The notes beneath the pieces were generated by a model. That model ran no database searches. It was given only the letters and a program-made list of their open reading frames with translations, and had not been told where the DNA came from. Source: Macrostomum hystrix (taxonomy: Eukaryota > Animalia > Platyhelminthes). From it: a stretch of 64,000 nucleotides of DNA. Below, piece by piece: positions 1-11,860 of this stretch. The translations under genes and the position numbers were made by a program. How positions within the stretch are numbered: the stretch's first letter is position 1; every line of letters starts with the position of its first letter. The DNA lies in assembly GCA_950097015.1 (NCBI GenBank), contig CATNEN010000003.1:8556001-8620000 (forward strand). The letters run 5' to 3'.

Positions 1-129
1 AGTTTGTGGCTGTAGCTTGACGTAGTAAAGATTTTAGAGACTATAGAGACTATGGAAGAAATTAGGACTGACCAAAAATTCTATTAATTTAGGAAAAAAG
101 ACACCTAAAAATCTTTTCTTTTAGGAAAT

Positions 130-1240
130 GGGTTATAATGACTAAAGTACTATTATTTTAGTAATAAAGGACTGACCTAAATCTCTATCGTTTTAGGAAT
201 GAAGGACTCACCTAAAATACTATCATTTTAGGAATAAAGGACTGACCTAAAATACTATCATTTTAGGAATAAAGGACTGACCTAAATTACTATCATTTTA
301 GGAATGAAGGACTGACCTAAAATACTATCATTTTAGGAATGAAGGACTCACCTAAAATACTATCATTTTAGGAATGAAGGACTGACCTAAAATACTATCA
401 TTTTAGGAATGAAGGACTGACCTAAAATACTATCATTTTAGGAATGAAGGACTGACCTAAATTTCTATCATTTTAGGAATGAAGGACTGACCTAAATTTC
501 TATCATTTTAGGAATAAAGGACTGACCTAAAATACTATCATTTTAGGAATGAAGGACTGACCTAAAATACTATCATTTTAGGAATGAAGGACTGACCTAA
601 AATACTATCATTTTAGGAATGAAGGACTGACCTAAAATACTATCATTTTAGGAATGAAGGACTCACCTAAAATACTATCATTTTGGGAATGAAGGACTGA
701 CCTAAAATACTATCATTTTAGGAATGAAGGACTCACCTAAAATACTATCATTTTAGGAATGAAGGACTGACCTAAAATACTATCATTTTAGGAATGAAGG
801 ACTGACCTAAAATACTATCATTTTAGGAATGAAGGACTCACCTAAAATACTATCATTTTAGGAATGAAGGACTCACCTAAAATACTATCATTTTAGGAAT
901 GAAGGACTGACCTAAAATACTATCATTTTAGGAATGAAGGACTGACCTAAAATACTATCATTTTAGGAATGAAGGACTGACCTAAAATACTATCATTTTA
1001 GGAATGAAGGACTGACCTAAAATACTATCATTTTAAGAATGAAGAACTGACCTAAAATACTATCATTTTAGGAAATGGGAACTGACCTAAAATACTATCA
1101 TTTTAGGAAATGGGAACTGACCTAAAATACCAACCATTCAAGAAATAAAGGAACTCCAAAAATGAGGACTGACCTAAATTACTATCCTTTAGAAAATAAG
1201 GATTGACCAAAAATATTATCCTTCTAGGAATTAAGGACTG
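130..1240. repeat. 35-bp minisatellite (GGAATGAAGGACTGACCTAAAATACTATCATTTTA)n
   Basis: Direct tandem units, homogeneous in the centre and degenerate at both edges. Confidence 0.95.
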
Positions 1241-1609
1241 ACCAGACTCGAAAAAAAGACAAAAATAATTAAGGCTTATAAAAAAGGTATTTAAGTTTTA
1301 CTTATTTTATTAATAGCATAGCTTTAGTCGGTTAGTAGCTAACAGACAACTGGAAACATTACATACATGAGCGAGTATAAATCACCTATATAGTGAAGTA
1401 GAGAGTATTTATGCTGTACTAGTACGGAAATGCACTATTAGTAAGTAACAATAAAATGCATACGATTCAGAACTCCAATTATACTATAATATGCTAGACA
1501 ACATACTAGTATAGTAGTATAATACGCATCGCATAAAGTTATATTGATAAGCGAATATTCACTAAGTTTATGAAGTTATCAAGACAGTAACGAGTCTCAG
1601 ACAATAAAC

Positions 1610-1800
1610 AGAGAGGACTGACAGGACGCCACACCCACTCTAAATTAACCCATCTAATGCTGGTGCCCATTTAACAGCTGGATGAACCGAATTAATGCCA
1701 AGTCACTAAAGTGTTGTGCTAAAAGACAAAAAATGGTTATAGTCGAGTCGAGAATCGAACCCCTGACCTTTTAACTAATGGCTGTAGTATTAGTTAAAAC
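1610..1800 (-). mobile_element. Degenerate copy of CORE-like tRNA-SINE (family A)
   Basis: GACGCCACACCCAC..TGCTGGTGCCCATTTAACAGCTGGATGAAC..GAGTCGAGAATCGAACCCC aligns by eye with the copy at 36789-37109. Confidence 0.7.
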
Positions 1801-1935
1801 GGTAGCTCTGAACTTATAACACACCTATATTATTTCAAATGAAACAAGAAATAAAGTCGAAGTGAAATTTAAAACCGACTGAACACTATTGGTATGATAA
1901 ATATACACTAAAGTGCTGTCCTCATTTAGTACATA

Positions 1936-2379
1936 CTACTTAGCATCAGCAGTATCATCGCAAGTTGGTTTACAATCATTAACAACAACAGGATGGTGTA
2001 TTAGACGACTAAGAGTGATCCAATTCTCGATAGCGCCAGCTAGTCGATCAGTGTGATGATGCCGACTGCCCAGATTGCACACTGACATACTGCTGAAGGT
2101 TTCTTCAATTCGAACTACGCGACCGTCGCTGGAGCAGTCATGGGCTTCGGCTTTGTCACCGGACGGCTTAGCAGTCGGTGCTAAACTGACAATGTGACCA
2201 AGACAGTCGTGCGGCAATTTTCTGATACTCTTACCGCTGATTGGGCGACCCCGAAACGAACAATTAAATAGGTCGGCATTGTGTTCGCTAATGCGCAATG
2301 TGGACATTAGATACTCTTCGCGCCTAGTGTCGCTCTGATCAGACGACACTTGAAACGGCATGTAGGCTATGCGCTCCAT
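1936..2379 (-). CDS. RNASEH2C: Ribonuclease H2 subunit C
   Basis: Motifs SFRGRPISG, FSSMSVCN and AIENWITLSRLIH match the RNase H2 subunit C pattern. ATG at 2379 follows a TTTCAG acceptor at ~2392-2397; the listed ORF start at 2406 is non-ATG. Confidence 0.8.
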   Translation of the reverse strand: MERIAYMPFQVSSDQSDTRREEYLMSTLRISEHNADLFNCSFRGRPISGKSIRKLPHDCLGHIVSLAPTAKPSGDKAEAHDCSSDGRVVRIEETFSSMSVCNLGSRHHHTDRLAGAIENWITLSRLIHHPVVVNDCKPTCDDTADAK

Positions 2380-3281
2380 AGTTATAAAAAACTGAAAGTA
2401 TTTCAAAATATTTGCTTGAAAGTTATTAGCAATGTAACTAGCGTTAGATTTCTTATCTACTGAAGTAAAAGTTCGCTATTTTTACAAGTCAAGACCTACA
2501 TATTTTTAGCCCTGACCTCTCGCGTTGCACGTCTTAACTCTTGCCTGTTTTCGATGGGACAGCCCCTAGTTTGAAAGGGATGTAAATTTGGAGATCACTG
2601 CAGTTTCTATTCGTTATTTTTTAAAAGTAACATAAAAAAGGAAATAATTAAAAACAAACAAGCAAAAAATATCTTCTAATATTGTAGAAGAAAGAGTAGG
2701 TCTAAGGAAGAGTTAAAATATATATAAAGCGTTACTTTGTTGCAGTACCTGCGCGACAAAAATAATAAAAGAACAGAATAACAATTCAAAGAAAAATAAC
2801 TGCTAGGATGAACACGAAAAAGACAGTTGTCTTCGCAATAAGATAAAAAGTCATGTGACTAACTAAACAAATATAAAACAAGCACCGAAATTGTATTTTT
2901 ACTACGCCCAAGATGCACAGCAATTAACGTTATTTTAATAATTAATATTATTATCCAAACATGATACGAGCGTAAAAATGTAGTTTTAACTGTACAACCA
3001 AAAAAAGTGCAAGAAAAATTACAAAAACTACAAATTTCTCCTTTTTGTAATTGAATCAAACGTAGAAAAAGTAGAAAAACGCGATGAAGAAAGCGGAACC
3101 ATTTTTAATCATATGCTATACGTATCTACCGCGCTAGCGTGTTACACAATATACCATGTTTTATTCATGCATCCCGACTCCAGATGACTTTTTTTCCTAG
3201 GCTAGTAGCCTATGGTCTGCAAGGACTATGTAATGTGATGTAAAGCCGTAAAGATCTGCGCAAGATCTTTGTGATAAAAAA

Positions 3282-5447
3282 TTAATTTTCCTCGACTCGC
3301 TCCGCATCAGCATCGAAATCTTCCAAATTGAAGTCAAAGCTTTCAGCGCTGCAAATGCTCATTAAGTCTATCTCTCTGCATAAAGCCACATAGCCAGGTA
3401 TGATGCTGTCACTACCACTAGGCATGCATTTTTGTAGCGACTGCGCGCTAGTAACAGTTCCGTCATTTTTCAGTATCTTGGAACCGAACGGAAGTGGCGA
3501 ATAGACAAATTCAGCAACTGAAATCGACTCAAAATGTTCTTTTTTCCTCGGAACCTCGTGTTTAACATTGGTTTGTGTATCAGTTTGAGAGAATCGCAAC
3601 GCAACAGTGACTGTTGCCATGGTCTCCGAAAAGCGAATCAAGGCTAGTTGAGAGCTGCATAGACCTTTTGCTTGAGCAGAACACAGGATTTCAGCAGCAC
3701 GCGCCTGTGTAACAAAGCCATACACGAGGTTCTCCATAAATAATAATCGACAACCGGATTTACTGTCTTGGATAAACCTAACACAGGAGAAAACAAAGTC
3801 CCAAAGCGAGCGAACGCTCTGGCCACTGTATTGTTTTCCCATGATAGGCTTCTTACAGAAATCATGGAATGAAATCGGGTGGTCTAACGGCGACAAAGTG
3901 CGGCATTTCGATAAAAAGTACTCGACACTTTCCGCATTCAGTTCATGCTTCGTTTTTTCTAGAATGTAGTTCTTAATTAGTCGAACAGAATCTTTAATCG
4001 ATACTGGTCGTGGAGAGCCACAGCAAAGTGGATACAATGGCTCGTTTAACGAGTACCAATAAATGGCAGCCGTCGCTTCCGATCGCTGATTATCGTTAGT
4101 AATAAACGATATTGGCTTTGACAAAGTGGATACAGCTACATTGTCTGGTAAAATACTGCCGGCACCGCTTTTAGTTAAGAAGAATAAGCAAATCGCAAAG
4201 GCTTGGGTTGGTTTTGGACCAGCAGTCGATGGCGGCCGGTCTTTGACTAACAGTGAAACATCCGCTTCGCTTTCGTCATTCCAGACAATCGGTGTTAGCT
4301 TAATCAATGAGCTTGAAGCTTGCTCAATTTGGCACAGATCCGTTGCAGACATGCTGTCGTACTTTTGTGTGGAGTCCGGAGACAAAACAGCAACATGCAA
4401 ATCACCGTTGCGTGTCACTTTGCAACGCTCTTCGAAGAACTTTGCAAACAAAAAGCGCACATTAAGCTTAAAGTACGTCCCAACAGAGCCCTTTCGCGAG
4501 CCGATTCGGATCACTTGGTCAGATTGCTTAGTGATTATAAAAGAGTTTTTCAGTAGCTGAAGCATCGGGTTTGCAAGCCGTCGTAGCATTCCATGCTCCT
4601 GCTCAAATTGTTTGCATGTATCGTACACTAAATGCAGTGTACCTTCTCCTTTATCTTTTTGAGTTTCTTTTTCTAGCGCTAACAAATTCAGACTGGCAAT
4701 AGGGTCGTTGATAGCTGAGACGCGATGATTGAGTCCGAGAAAGTCCTTGCTGAGATTTTCTAATGCATCAATTTGCTCTTGAACTCGATCAACTGTTATG
4801 CTGATAGCTTTTAGAGAGGCAAGAGTCTTGCTAAGAAGTGGGTTAGCAGCATTATCTGTAACTGACAGAGGGAACGACTGAATGAATTTTTTAGCAACAA
4901 GGCCTTTTGAACTGGTGGTGGGAAAAACGGAAGAGTATCGCCGCTTTCTATTCTCCACATCCTCTATATCAGTAAGCAAGAATCGCGACTCAAAATCTAG
5001 TACGGACTTGATCATGCCCAGAAATTTGAAGCCACAATCGGACGCTTCGGAGTAGTTCGTTTCAAACTTGTCCATTAGTCGATTGTACCTGTCTTCAATT
5101 TCGTAGAGTCTAATCTCGCTTTCTGGCCCTGCTTGGTTGATGCTACAAAGAAATTGACTTTCCTTAGTAAAATGGGCCTTCATTTCTTGTCGAAATTGTG
5201 AAATGAAGTTTGCAATCTTGCTGTCAACTGGAAACAGTAGAGCCGCTTGCAGGCTATCACTAAAGTCCAATTCAGCAATGCACTCTAGCACGGCCACGCT
5301 TAAGCACTTTTCCAAAACAAAGCGTACTTCGCGAGTTAAAAGTTCATTCGAATGGTAACTGTAGCCCTCGTTTAGCATACGGACAAACTTAGGATCTTGT
5401 CCACATTTTCTTTCTAATCGTAAGTAATGTTCAGATTGCATCTGCAT
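3282..5447 (-). CDS. STAT: Divergent STAT family transcription factor, intronless CDS, 721 aa
   Basis: Helical/coiled-coil N-terminal half; LSKPISFITNDNQRSEATAAIYW (STAT DBD-linker junction); SLWDFVFSCVRFI..LVYGFVTQARAAEIL..LIRFSE (linker-SH2 with conserved Arg); C-terminal PGYV phosphotyrosine motif. Confidence 0.85.
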   Translation of the reverse strand: MQMQSEHYLRLERKCGQDPKFVRMLNEGYSYHSNELLTREVRFVLEKCLSVAVLECIAELDFSDSLQAALLFPVDSKIANFISQFRQEMKAHFTKESQFLCSINQAGPESEIRLYEIEDRYNRLMDKFETNYSEASDCGFKFLGMIKSVLDFESRFLLTDIEDVENRKRRYSSVFPTTSSKGLVAKKFIQSFPLSVTDNAANPLLSKTLASLKAISITVDRVQEQIDALENLSKDFLGLNHRVSAINDPIASLNLLALEKETQKDKGEGTLHLVYDTCKQFEQEHGMLRRLANPMLQLLKNSFIITKQSDQVIRIGSRKGSVGTYFKLNVRFLFAKFFEERCKVTRNGDLHVAVLSPDSTQKYDSMSATDLCQIEQASSSLIKLTPIVWNDESEADVSLLVKDRPPSTAGPKPTQAFAICLFFLTKSGAGSILPDNVAVSTLSKPISFITNDNQRSEATAAIYWYSLNEPLYPLCCGSPRPVSIKDSVRLIKNYILEKTKHELNAESVEYFLSKCRTLSPLDHPISFHDFCKKPIMGKQYSGQSVRSLWDFVFSCVRFIQDSKSGCRLLFMENLVYGFVTQARAAEILCSAQAKGLCSSQLALIRFSETMATVTVALRFSQTDTQTNVKHEVPRKKEHFESISVAEFVYSPLPFGSKILKNDGTVTSAQSLQKCMPSGSDSIIPGYVALCREIDLMSICSAESFDFNLEDFDADAERVEEN

Positions 5448-5831
5448 CGCACCTGAAAGAGAAAGGACAGGTAAGATTAAGGTTAGTCACTTTCTTCAAA
5501 GCAATACCGAATCAAGTATCGTGAGCTCCCTATGTGACATTAGGGTGAAAAATAAGTTTGAAATTGAAAAAAGCAAAAAGCATAACGAAATTCATATTAG
5601 CAATCAACACGTGATGTACAATTTTACTTTATTTAGCAATGTATATACCATACTTCATAGAATGCAATGACTTATGTAAATTAAAAATGCAACTAAACGG
5701 ACAATTAGCTTTTATATCCTGCTTTTATAACAGTTAGGCGATATCATCTTCGCAAACTACTGGTTTAACGGATTAATAGTAGTAAAGTCAGGCACTTTTA
5801 ATGATATACAAGAAACAATGACAGATCCAAA

Positions 5832-8800
5832 TCAACGCTTATTTAAAGACATTCGCTGTTGGCGAAATTTCGACACAGGTCGATTGGTGTCACAAATATC
5901 CGAAGTAGTACTAAAAAAACTATTGGCATTAGCAGCTGCTGTCGCAGTTTCAACAACGCGTTCTTGAACGGGCGGACCATGCGATAATACTGCTGGGGTC
6001 TGTTTTGAGAGCCCGATGTCGGCGGGTGAGGAATGCAAAGGTGTCTCCGAAGTCTCATTGTTGTCACCCGAGCCAGCACTGACATTATACGAAGACTGAT
6101 GCTGAGTGGCTAATTTTGAACTGTGCCTAAAGTTGATAGTCTTCAGTCGCATTGTGTCAGCATTCGGCGGTTCGCTAGGCTGATAAGTGCGTCTTTCATT
6201 ATCATTAGGATCGGCAAATTTCACCTGTTTACTCTTCGCCCTCAGCTTTTCAGTTGTAGATGCTGTAGATGGAGCAGGCTGGTTGTTTACCTGCGACTCT
6301 TCCATCGCTTCAATGCGCTCTAATTCGTCTAGCCTAGCCCAGATATTTTCATCGTCACTAAGGCTAGCCTGCTGTCGCAGTTCACGCTCCGCTAGCTTTT
6401 GCAGTCTAATAGCGTCTCGATGCCTATTGGCCCAGGCTATTTCCGATTCGTCTGTGCAAGGCTCGCAGATGTTTTCTAGGCCTTCTGTTGCGTCATCACC
6501 GACGCCGAGATCTTCTAGTAGGCGACAGTTTTCAGTAGCGCTCGAGTGACGAGCCTGCTCGATTGTCAACAGTAGATTGTGAAAAGTGAATGACCTTATC
6601 AGCTGATAAGACATTGAATGATTAGAAATCACTATATTAAGTTTTTAGGCAACAAAAACAGTAAAAGCGTAACCTTAGTAGTAACATTACTAATTGCAGG
6701 AGGGCTGCGGGCGATGGCATTTCATTTGGTGACACTAGACCCGCACCCAGCGAGGAGGCAATTACGCCCATTTCGCTAACTCCAGAGCACACACGCACAC
6801 AATTACGCACGCAGGCACACACTCAAGCAGGTGTACATCTGGACCGACTTTCTCATCATCAGGCAGTGTCAACCTCTCTGTGCCTTGGAGGTTGGCCCGT
6901 ATTGACGTAAATTGCACGAAAAGCCCCCAAGTCTTCTCTCAGCGACTGCGCCCCAAATGAATGTGGCCTCGCCGCGGAATTGAGCTGAGGGACCTTGGTG
7001 CGAGAGGCGAACGCATTAACCCGCTATACCACTGACCCCCTTACCTGAAGTAACTTCTGACTAGCTTTCAACCGATCTAGCCTCAATTTAACAATCTTCA
7101 ATGCATTCTGCGCAGATGTTTCAGCATAATAGTCGCAGCCGAGACGCAGTGTGACTTCGCCACTGTGCAGCACTGTGCCGCGTACCATACAGCCAGGTGT
7201 CAATTCAAGCAACTGTTCAGACCGAAATCTGCTAGAAACATTAATTAATCGCTTTTCTAAGGCAACATGGCGATCCAACTCATTTTCTAATTCAACTAGT
7301 TTGACTTCAGCTTCAGTGACTGCTGCACGTTGTAATTCCAGCAATGATAGCTGGCTGCGCCCACTGGATTCTAGGTTGAGGCTGCGGGACTGAATGTGGC
7401 CTAGCCAGTATTTTATGTTGGCACTTATATAGCAATGGTCTTTTACATAGCCACAATGATACCATTAAGCAATTTATTTAGTTTTTTCCTTAAACCCTAG
7501 ACCATGCCAATAGACAATTATTTGCTATTGTGTATGCCTATATAATATAATCAATAACAAATGTTAAGCTTGTTGATCAACATAGACAGGGACATCGTCT
7601 AATTCTAACGATTTCAAACTAGCATCTGCTGAATGAGATGAAGCTAGAGGCTAAAACTAGAATCTGCCTCTGCCACAAAAGCCATTTTGAAGCTGCCATT
7701 TAGAATGAAGATTCTGAAACAAGCTTTGCTTAGGATTCCTTATAAATCATGAACAAATTTTATGCCAGTGACTGTAGAAAGAATATTAGGTGCAGTAAAT
7801 TGGTCAAACATTGGGTCTTACATTTAATAGTGAGACAGTAGCTATTAAAATGCACAGTAAATCTCAATTTTACTATTTAAGTGGAATAAGCGTATGGGTT
7901 GAAACATTGCAATGTAGCACAAAAAAGTTCAAGTGAAAAGTGAATGACCTTATCAGCTGATAAGACATTGAATGACTAGAAATCACTATATTAAGTTTTT
8001 AGGCAACAAAAACAGTAAAAGCATAACCAGTAATAACAGTAATTGCAGGAGGGCTGCAGGCGATGGCATTTCTTTGGTGACACTAGACCCACAGCTAGTG
8101 TGGTTTATATGGTTTATATGATCAATTTAGAACTTTAGCTTATGTAATAGCTTTAAATGTTATAGCTTGCAAAACACAGCAATCAATACAATATTAGGTC
8201 AACATTTTCATCTAAATTATATCAGATTTTTACTTGTAGTCATCTTACCAAAAATAAAAGATTAAGTCTATAATTCTATATTCAAATGAATTTTAGTTTT
8301 CTTTTGAAATATAAAGCATTTCAGCATGATATTGAACATTCATTCTGCATAGGTCTCTGTTCTGTTTTTGCTTATAGCTTAAGCTAAATGCTCTATGTTC
8401 AGGTTTTCAGGTTTTGTGAAAGTATCACTAAAAGTATTTAATTGACAAAACAGTGAACTATGGAAACATAAATGGTATAATAATATAAAAACTGTTACTG
8501 TATAAAGATAGTTTTAGCCTTACAAGTGTTGTACTCTATAAGCTTATGACATGTACACTTCAGTTTGTTGTCACTTGTTTTCACTTTGTTTTCACTTTCA
8601 CACTACACTTATTTTTAAGGTCGGTACTTGCAGCATTTAGCTGCACCCTACATATAGAACACCCACCCCTCTACAATCATTAAACAATAAATATATTGAC
8701 CCTTGTGCTCTAGAGTATGTTATTTTGTGACTCAATTCTTGCTAGTCTTATATTAGCATATATGTAGCCTAGTAGCAATATGTACCAAATATGGTTATAT

Positions 8801-10715
8801 AATTTGATATACAACAGGCATCACAAGGTTTAAACATTATCAATCAAACAATGTAATTTCAGACCCAACAAGTGTGTTTTGCTCTTACAATGGACTTCTA
8901 GTCCTTTGTATATAACAAAGTTTAGGAAAATAACAAATGTCACAAAACCTATTATATGATATTGAGACTTTATATAAGAAAACTTCACTAGTTAACTATT
9001 ATATAAACATTTATGTGAAAAAAAATTCTATACACAAAAATAATATAATGTACTTCTGATTCTTACAATTTAGCTATATCTAGATTTTTAAATGAAATAA
9101 TGCTTTAATTGCAATACAGCCATGGCAAAGCAAAAGTTCTATTTAAATTCCAAATTTCAAATAGTAATAGGAGAAAGCATAAATCATAACTTATGGTTAA
9201 GTAAAACAAAGTATATACTAAATTCCTGTTTCTAAATACACTTTTATTATATATATTTTACATGTTAGGCTAAAAGTAAAGTTTTTGGCAGTTTATACCC
9301 ACGGCCCCAAGCTGATAATTTTAATTTTATCTGCATGGACTCATTCCTATAAGCTCTCATTTAGTTAGACACGTAGATTAGATTGATATGTGACTTCAAT
9401 ATGAAGTTGTGAACAATGCACTTAATTAATGTTGTGACAGAATTTATTTATTAGGTCAATTTGTCACTCAAGGAGTTTGCTGTGAGAAGAACAGAAAAAG
9501 GAAGTGATGTTCTAAAACAAACTCTGGGCCAGGGGCAAGCCTACATTTTAACAAAAAATACAAACATTTTTAATAAAATTTTAAATTTCAAACTAAATAT
9601 TGTTTCATTTTAACCAAAAGCAAAAATATGATCAATTGTAAAACAGATAAGTCTATATAAAGAAAAAATCTTCCCGATTTAAAATTCGGATCTATGTAAA
9701 CTGCAAGCCTAGAATTGGCCCAATTAAATGAATTATACACTACATTATAGGCTGATTATTGTTAAATCTTGTCTTGTCTTGATCTCATAATGTTTAGACC
9801 AATTGTTGCATTGCTTTTGTATAAAGAGTTGTAGACCTATTCATACAAGCTGCCATGTGGATAAACAGTAAATTATCAGCATGGATCCATGTGGATAAAA
9901 TTGAAATTATCAGCACGGGACCGTGGGAATAAGCTCTGCCATAAAAATGTAAAAGAAAAAGAAATAAATAAATTGCAAAGCCAAAACTAGAATAAAACTT
10001 TTTAATAACAAGTTTAAAGTGTCTAACTAATAGTTAGTATCCAATGTAACTTGTTTTTTATCCATTTCTGCCATTTGTTATCAGCTTTTTATCAATTATT
10101 TCCGTTCCGCATCTGCATCTGCTTCTGCAATCTGCGTTTTACTAACTATTTCCATATTCCGCATTTTATCTGACACATCCAGTCAAGATCCACATCCATT
10201 TCCATGTTTTACACTATACCCAAAAATGTAGGAAAAAAGAACATTACATTAGCTAACTGATAGCTAATAACTGATTGCTACTCAGAGCCTCAGAAGGAGT
10301 AATTCTCACATACTGAATCACAAGTATTTTGCTTTTTTATAGGCCTAGGCCAAGCAAAGCCCATAGGCCAAACACTTACAAGAAATTAAGGAAGAAAAGA
10401 AACAGAAAATAGAATAAGAAACCACAAAAGCAAAAATCAAGCCAAAAACGAAAATTTCTATAACATAAACGGATTTCTTGTATTCTAGCTGGCAAAGCTA
10501 TTTACTGTATGCTGCATCCCCTGCATCTGCCTGCATGCAGATAGGCCTACAGCATGCATGCATGCATCCTCAGCAAGGCTATTGTACATGAAAAAATATG
10601 CTTAAAGTGAACAGCTAATATGACATAAGAATTTTGATTGCGATTGCAAAATGTTTATCGTTTCTATGATCGCAAAATTGAAAATAGCAGTACAGTACTT
10701 ACTCTTTGTCAACAT
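5832..10715 (-). CDS. URI1: Unconventional prefoldin RPB5 interactor, ~363 aa; coding exons 10715-10703, 7400-7045, 6554-5832; probable 5'UTR exon ending at 10962
   Basis: Alpha-prefoldin domain (GTVLHSGEVTLRLGCDYYAETSAQNALKIV), DENIWARLDELE, INFRHS, SPADI and C-terminal RPVSKFRQQR. GT-AG sites join in consistent phases (1, 0). Confidence 0.85.
6690..7040 (-). mobile_element. tRNA-derived SINE family B in URI1 intron
   Basis: Aligns over its full length with copies at 62541-62895 and 40563-40905; A/B-box-like head. Confidence 0.85.
7934..8092 (-). repeat. Dispersed duplicate of ~6580-6745 (SINE B 3' end plus flanking intron)
   Basis: GTGAAAAGTGAATGACCTTATCAGCTGATAAGACATTG...TTTGGTGACACTAGACCC is present at both sites with few differences. 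Confidence 0.9.
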
Positions 10716-11039
10716 GGCTAGGCCTACACCTATTGACACCACCTGTGAAAAACCACCTAATCAAGTTCGCGCGTAGTTTTTTTATAAAATTTATTTTCAG
10801 AACTCCTGCAACTTAAAAATTTGAATTTTTACTTTTCTGACAGGTAATAGTGGGGTATATTTGCGTGTTATAAACAAAGTTTTGAAATTTTTGTTTTACA
10901 CAGTGCTTAAACAAAAAACCAAAAAGCCGGTATCGCAGACAGTTTATTAGACTATTTTTACCTTATCTGTTGCCTTTCGCCTCGAAACAGCCTTTAAATG
11001 CACTCGCAGCTGCCGCTCATTTCATAACTTTCTAGTTGT

Positions 11040-11860
11040 CATAAATAAGCAAGGCTTTTTATTACAGAAAACAAAACACCTTCGATCAAATCCATGATGG
11101 CGTCCTTCAAATCCATACTGGCGTCTCCTTTAAATCCATACTGGCATCCTTCAAATCCATGATGGCATCCTTCAAATGTGCAGTATTGTCCCTCAAATGT
11201 ACAGTGTCGCCCCCTTAATTCTACTGTGTCGCCCCTCAAATTTATGATTGCGCACCTGATAAAGGCCACAGTGATTCTCGGGAATTGCTTTGTGTATATC
11301 TCTTCATGGTCTGCTGTTGGGGCATTCGCCTTGCAGCCCTTGCACTGCAGGCTGCATCTATTAGTATTATTAGCCAACATGCACAATGTTCTTGTCACGG
11401 CTTAAAAACAACGAAAAAACGGAAAGTGCGTCAGAAAGTAAAAACAGAGAATAGAAGTCAATCAGAAGCTCAATACCCTAAAAAGACGTATACTCGATGT
11501 AGAATTAACAGCTGCGTTACTGCTCAGGATACAGTGTGTCTCCTGCGAACTGTCCCGGGGCCATATCCGACATCGATACACAATTTGCACACGACCTATA
11601 GTAATTAAGCTCCAATTCCAATGAGCTGCTTGCATGGGAACCAATGGGAAGTGTTGCTCTCGCTTGATCGCTGATTAACTATAGGGCTATGCGGGGGATT
11701 TCGCTGCTAGCCAATCAGAATAGAATTTGACATTGCTAAACAAAAATGACTACAAAATGGGGAACTGCATGGTTGAAGATTTATAGAGTATTCAAGATAA
11801 TTGTATTGTCGGATTGATAATTGCGATCAAAGCAGCTTTTTTGTATCAAAAACACTTGTC
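11040..11860. promoter_or_regulatory. Candidate bidirectional promoter with CCAAT boxes
   Basis: Lies between head-to-head URI1 and EGF/LamG genes; CCAAT at 11612, 11618, 11641 and 11711 (AGCCAATCAG). Confidence 0.45.
11075..11240. repeat. Degenerate 21-bp tandem repeat (CCTTCAAATCCATGATGGCAT-like)
   Basis: About 7 diverged units are visible. Confidence 0.7.
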
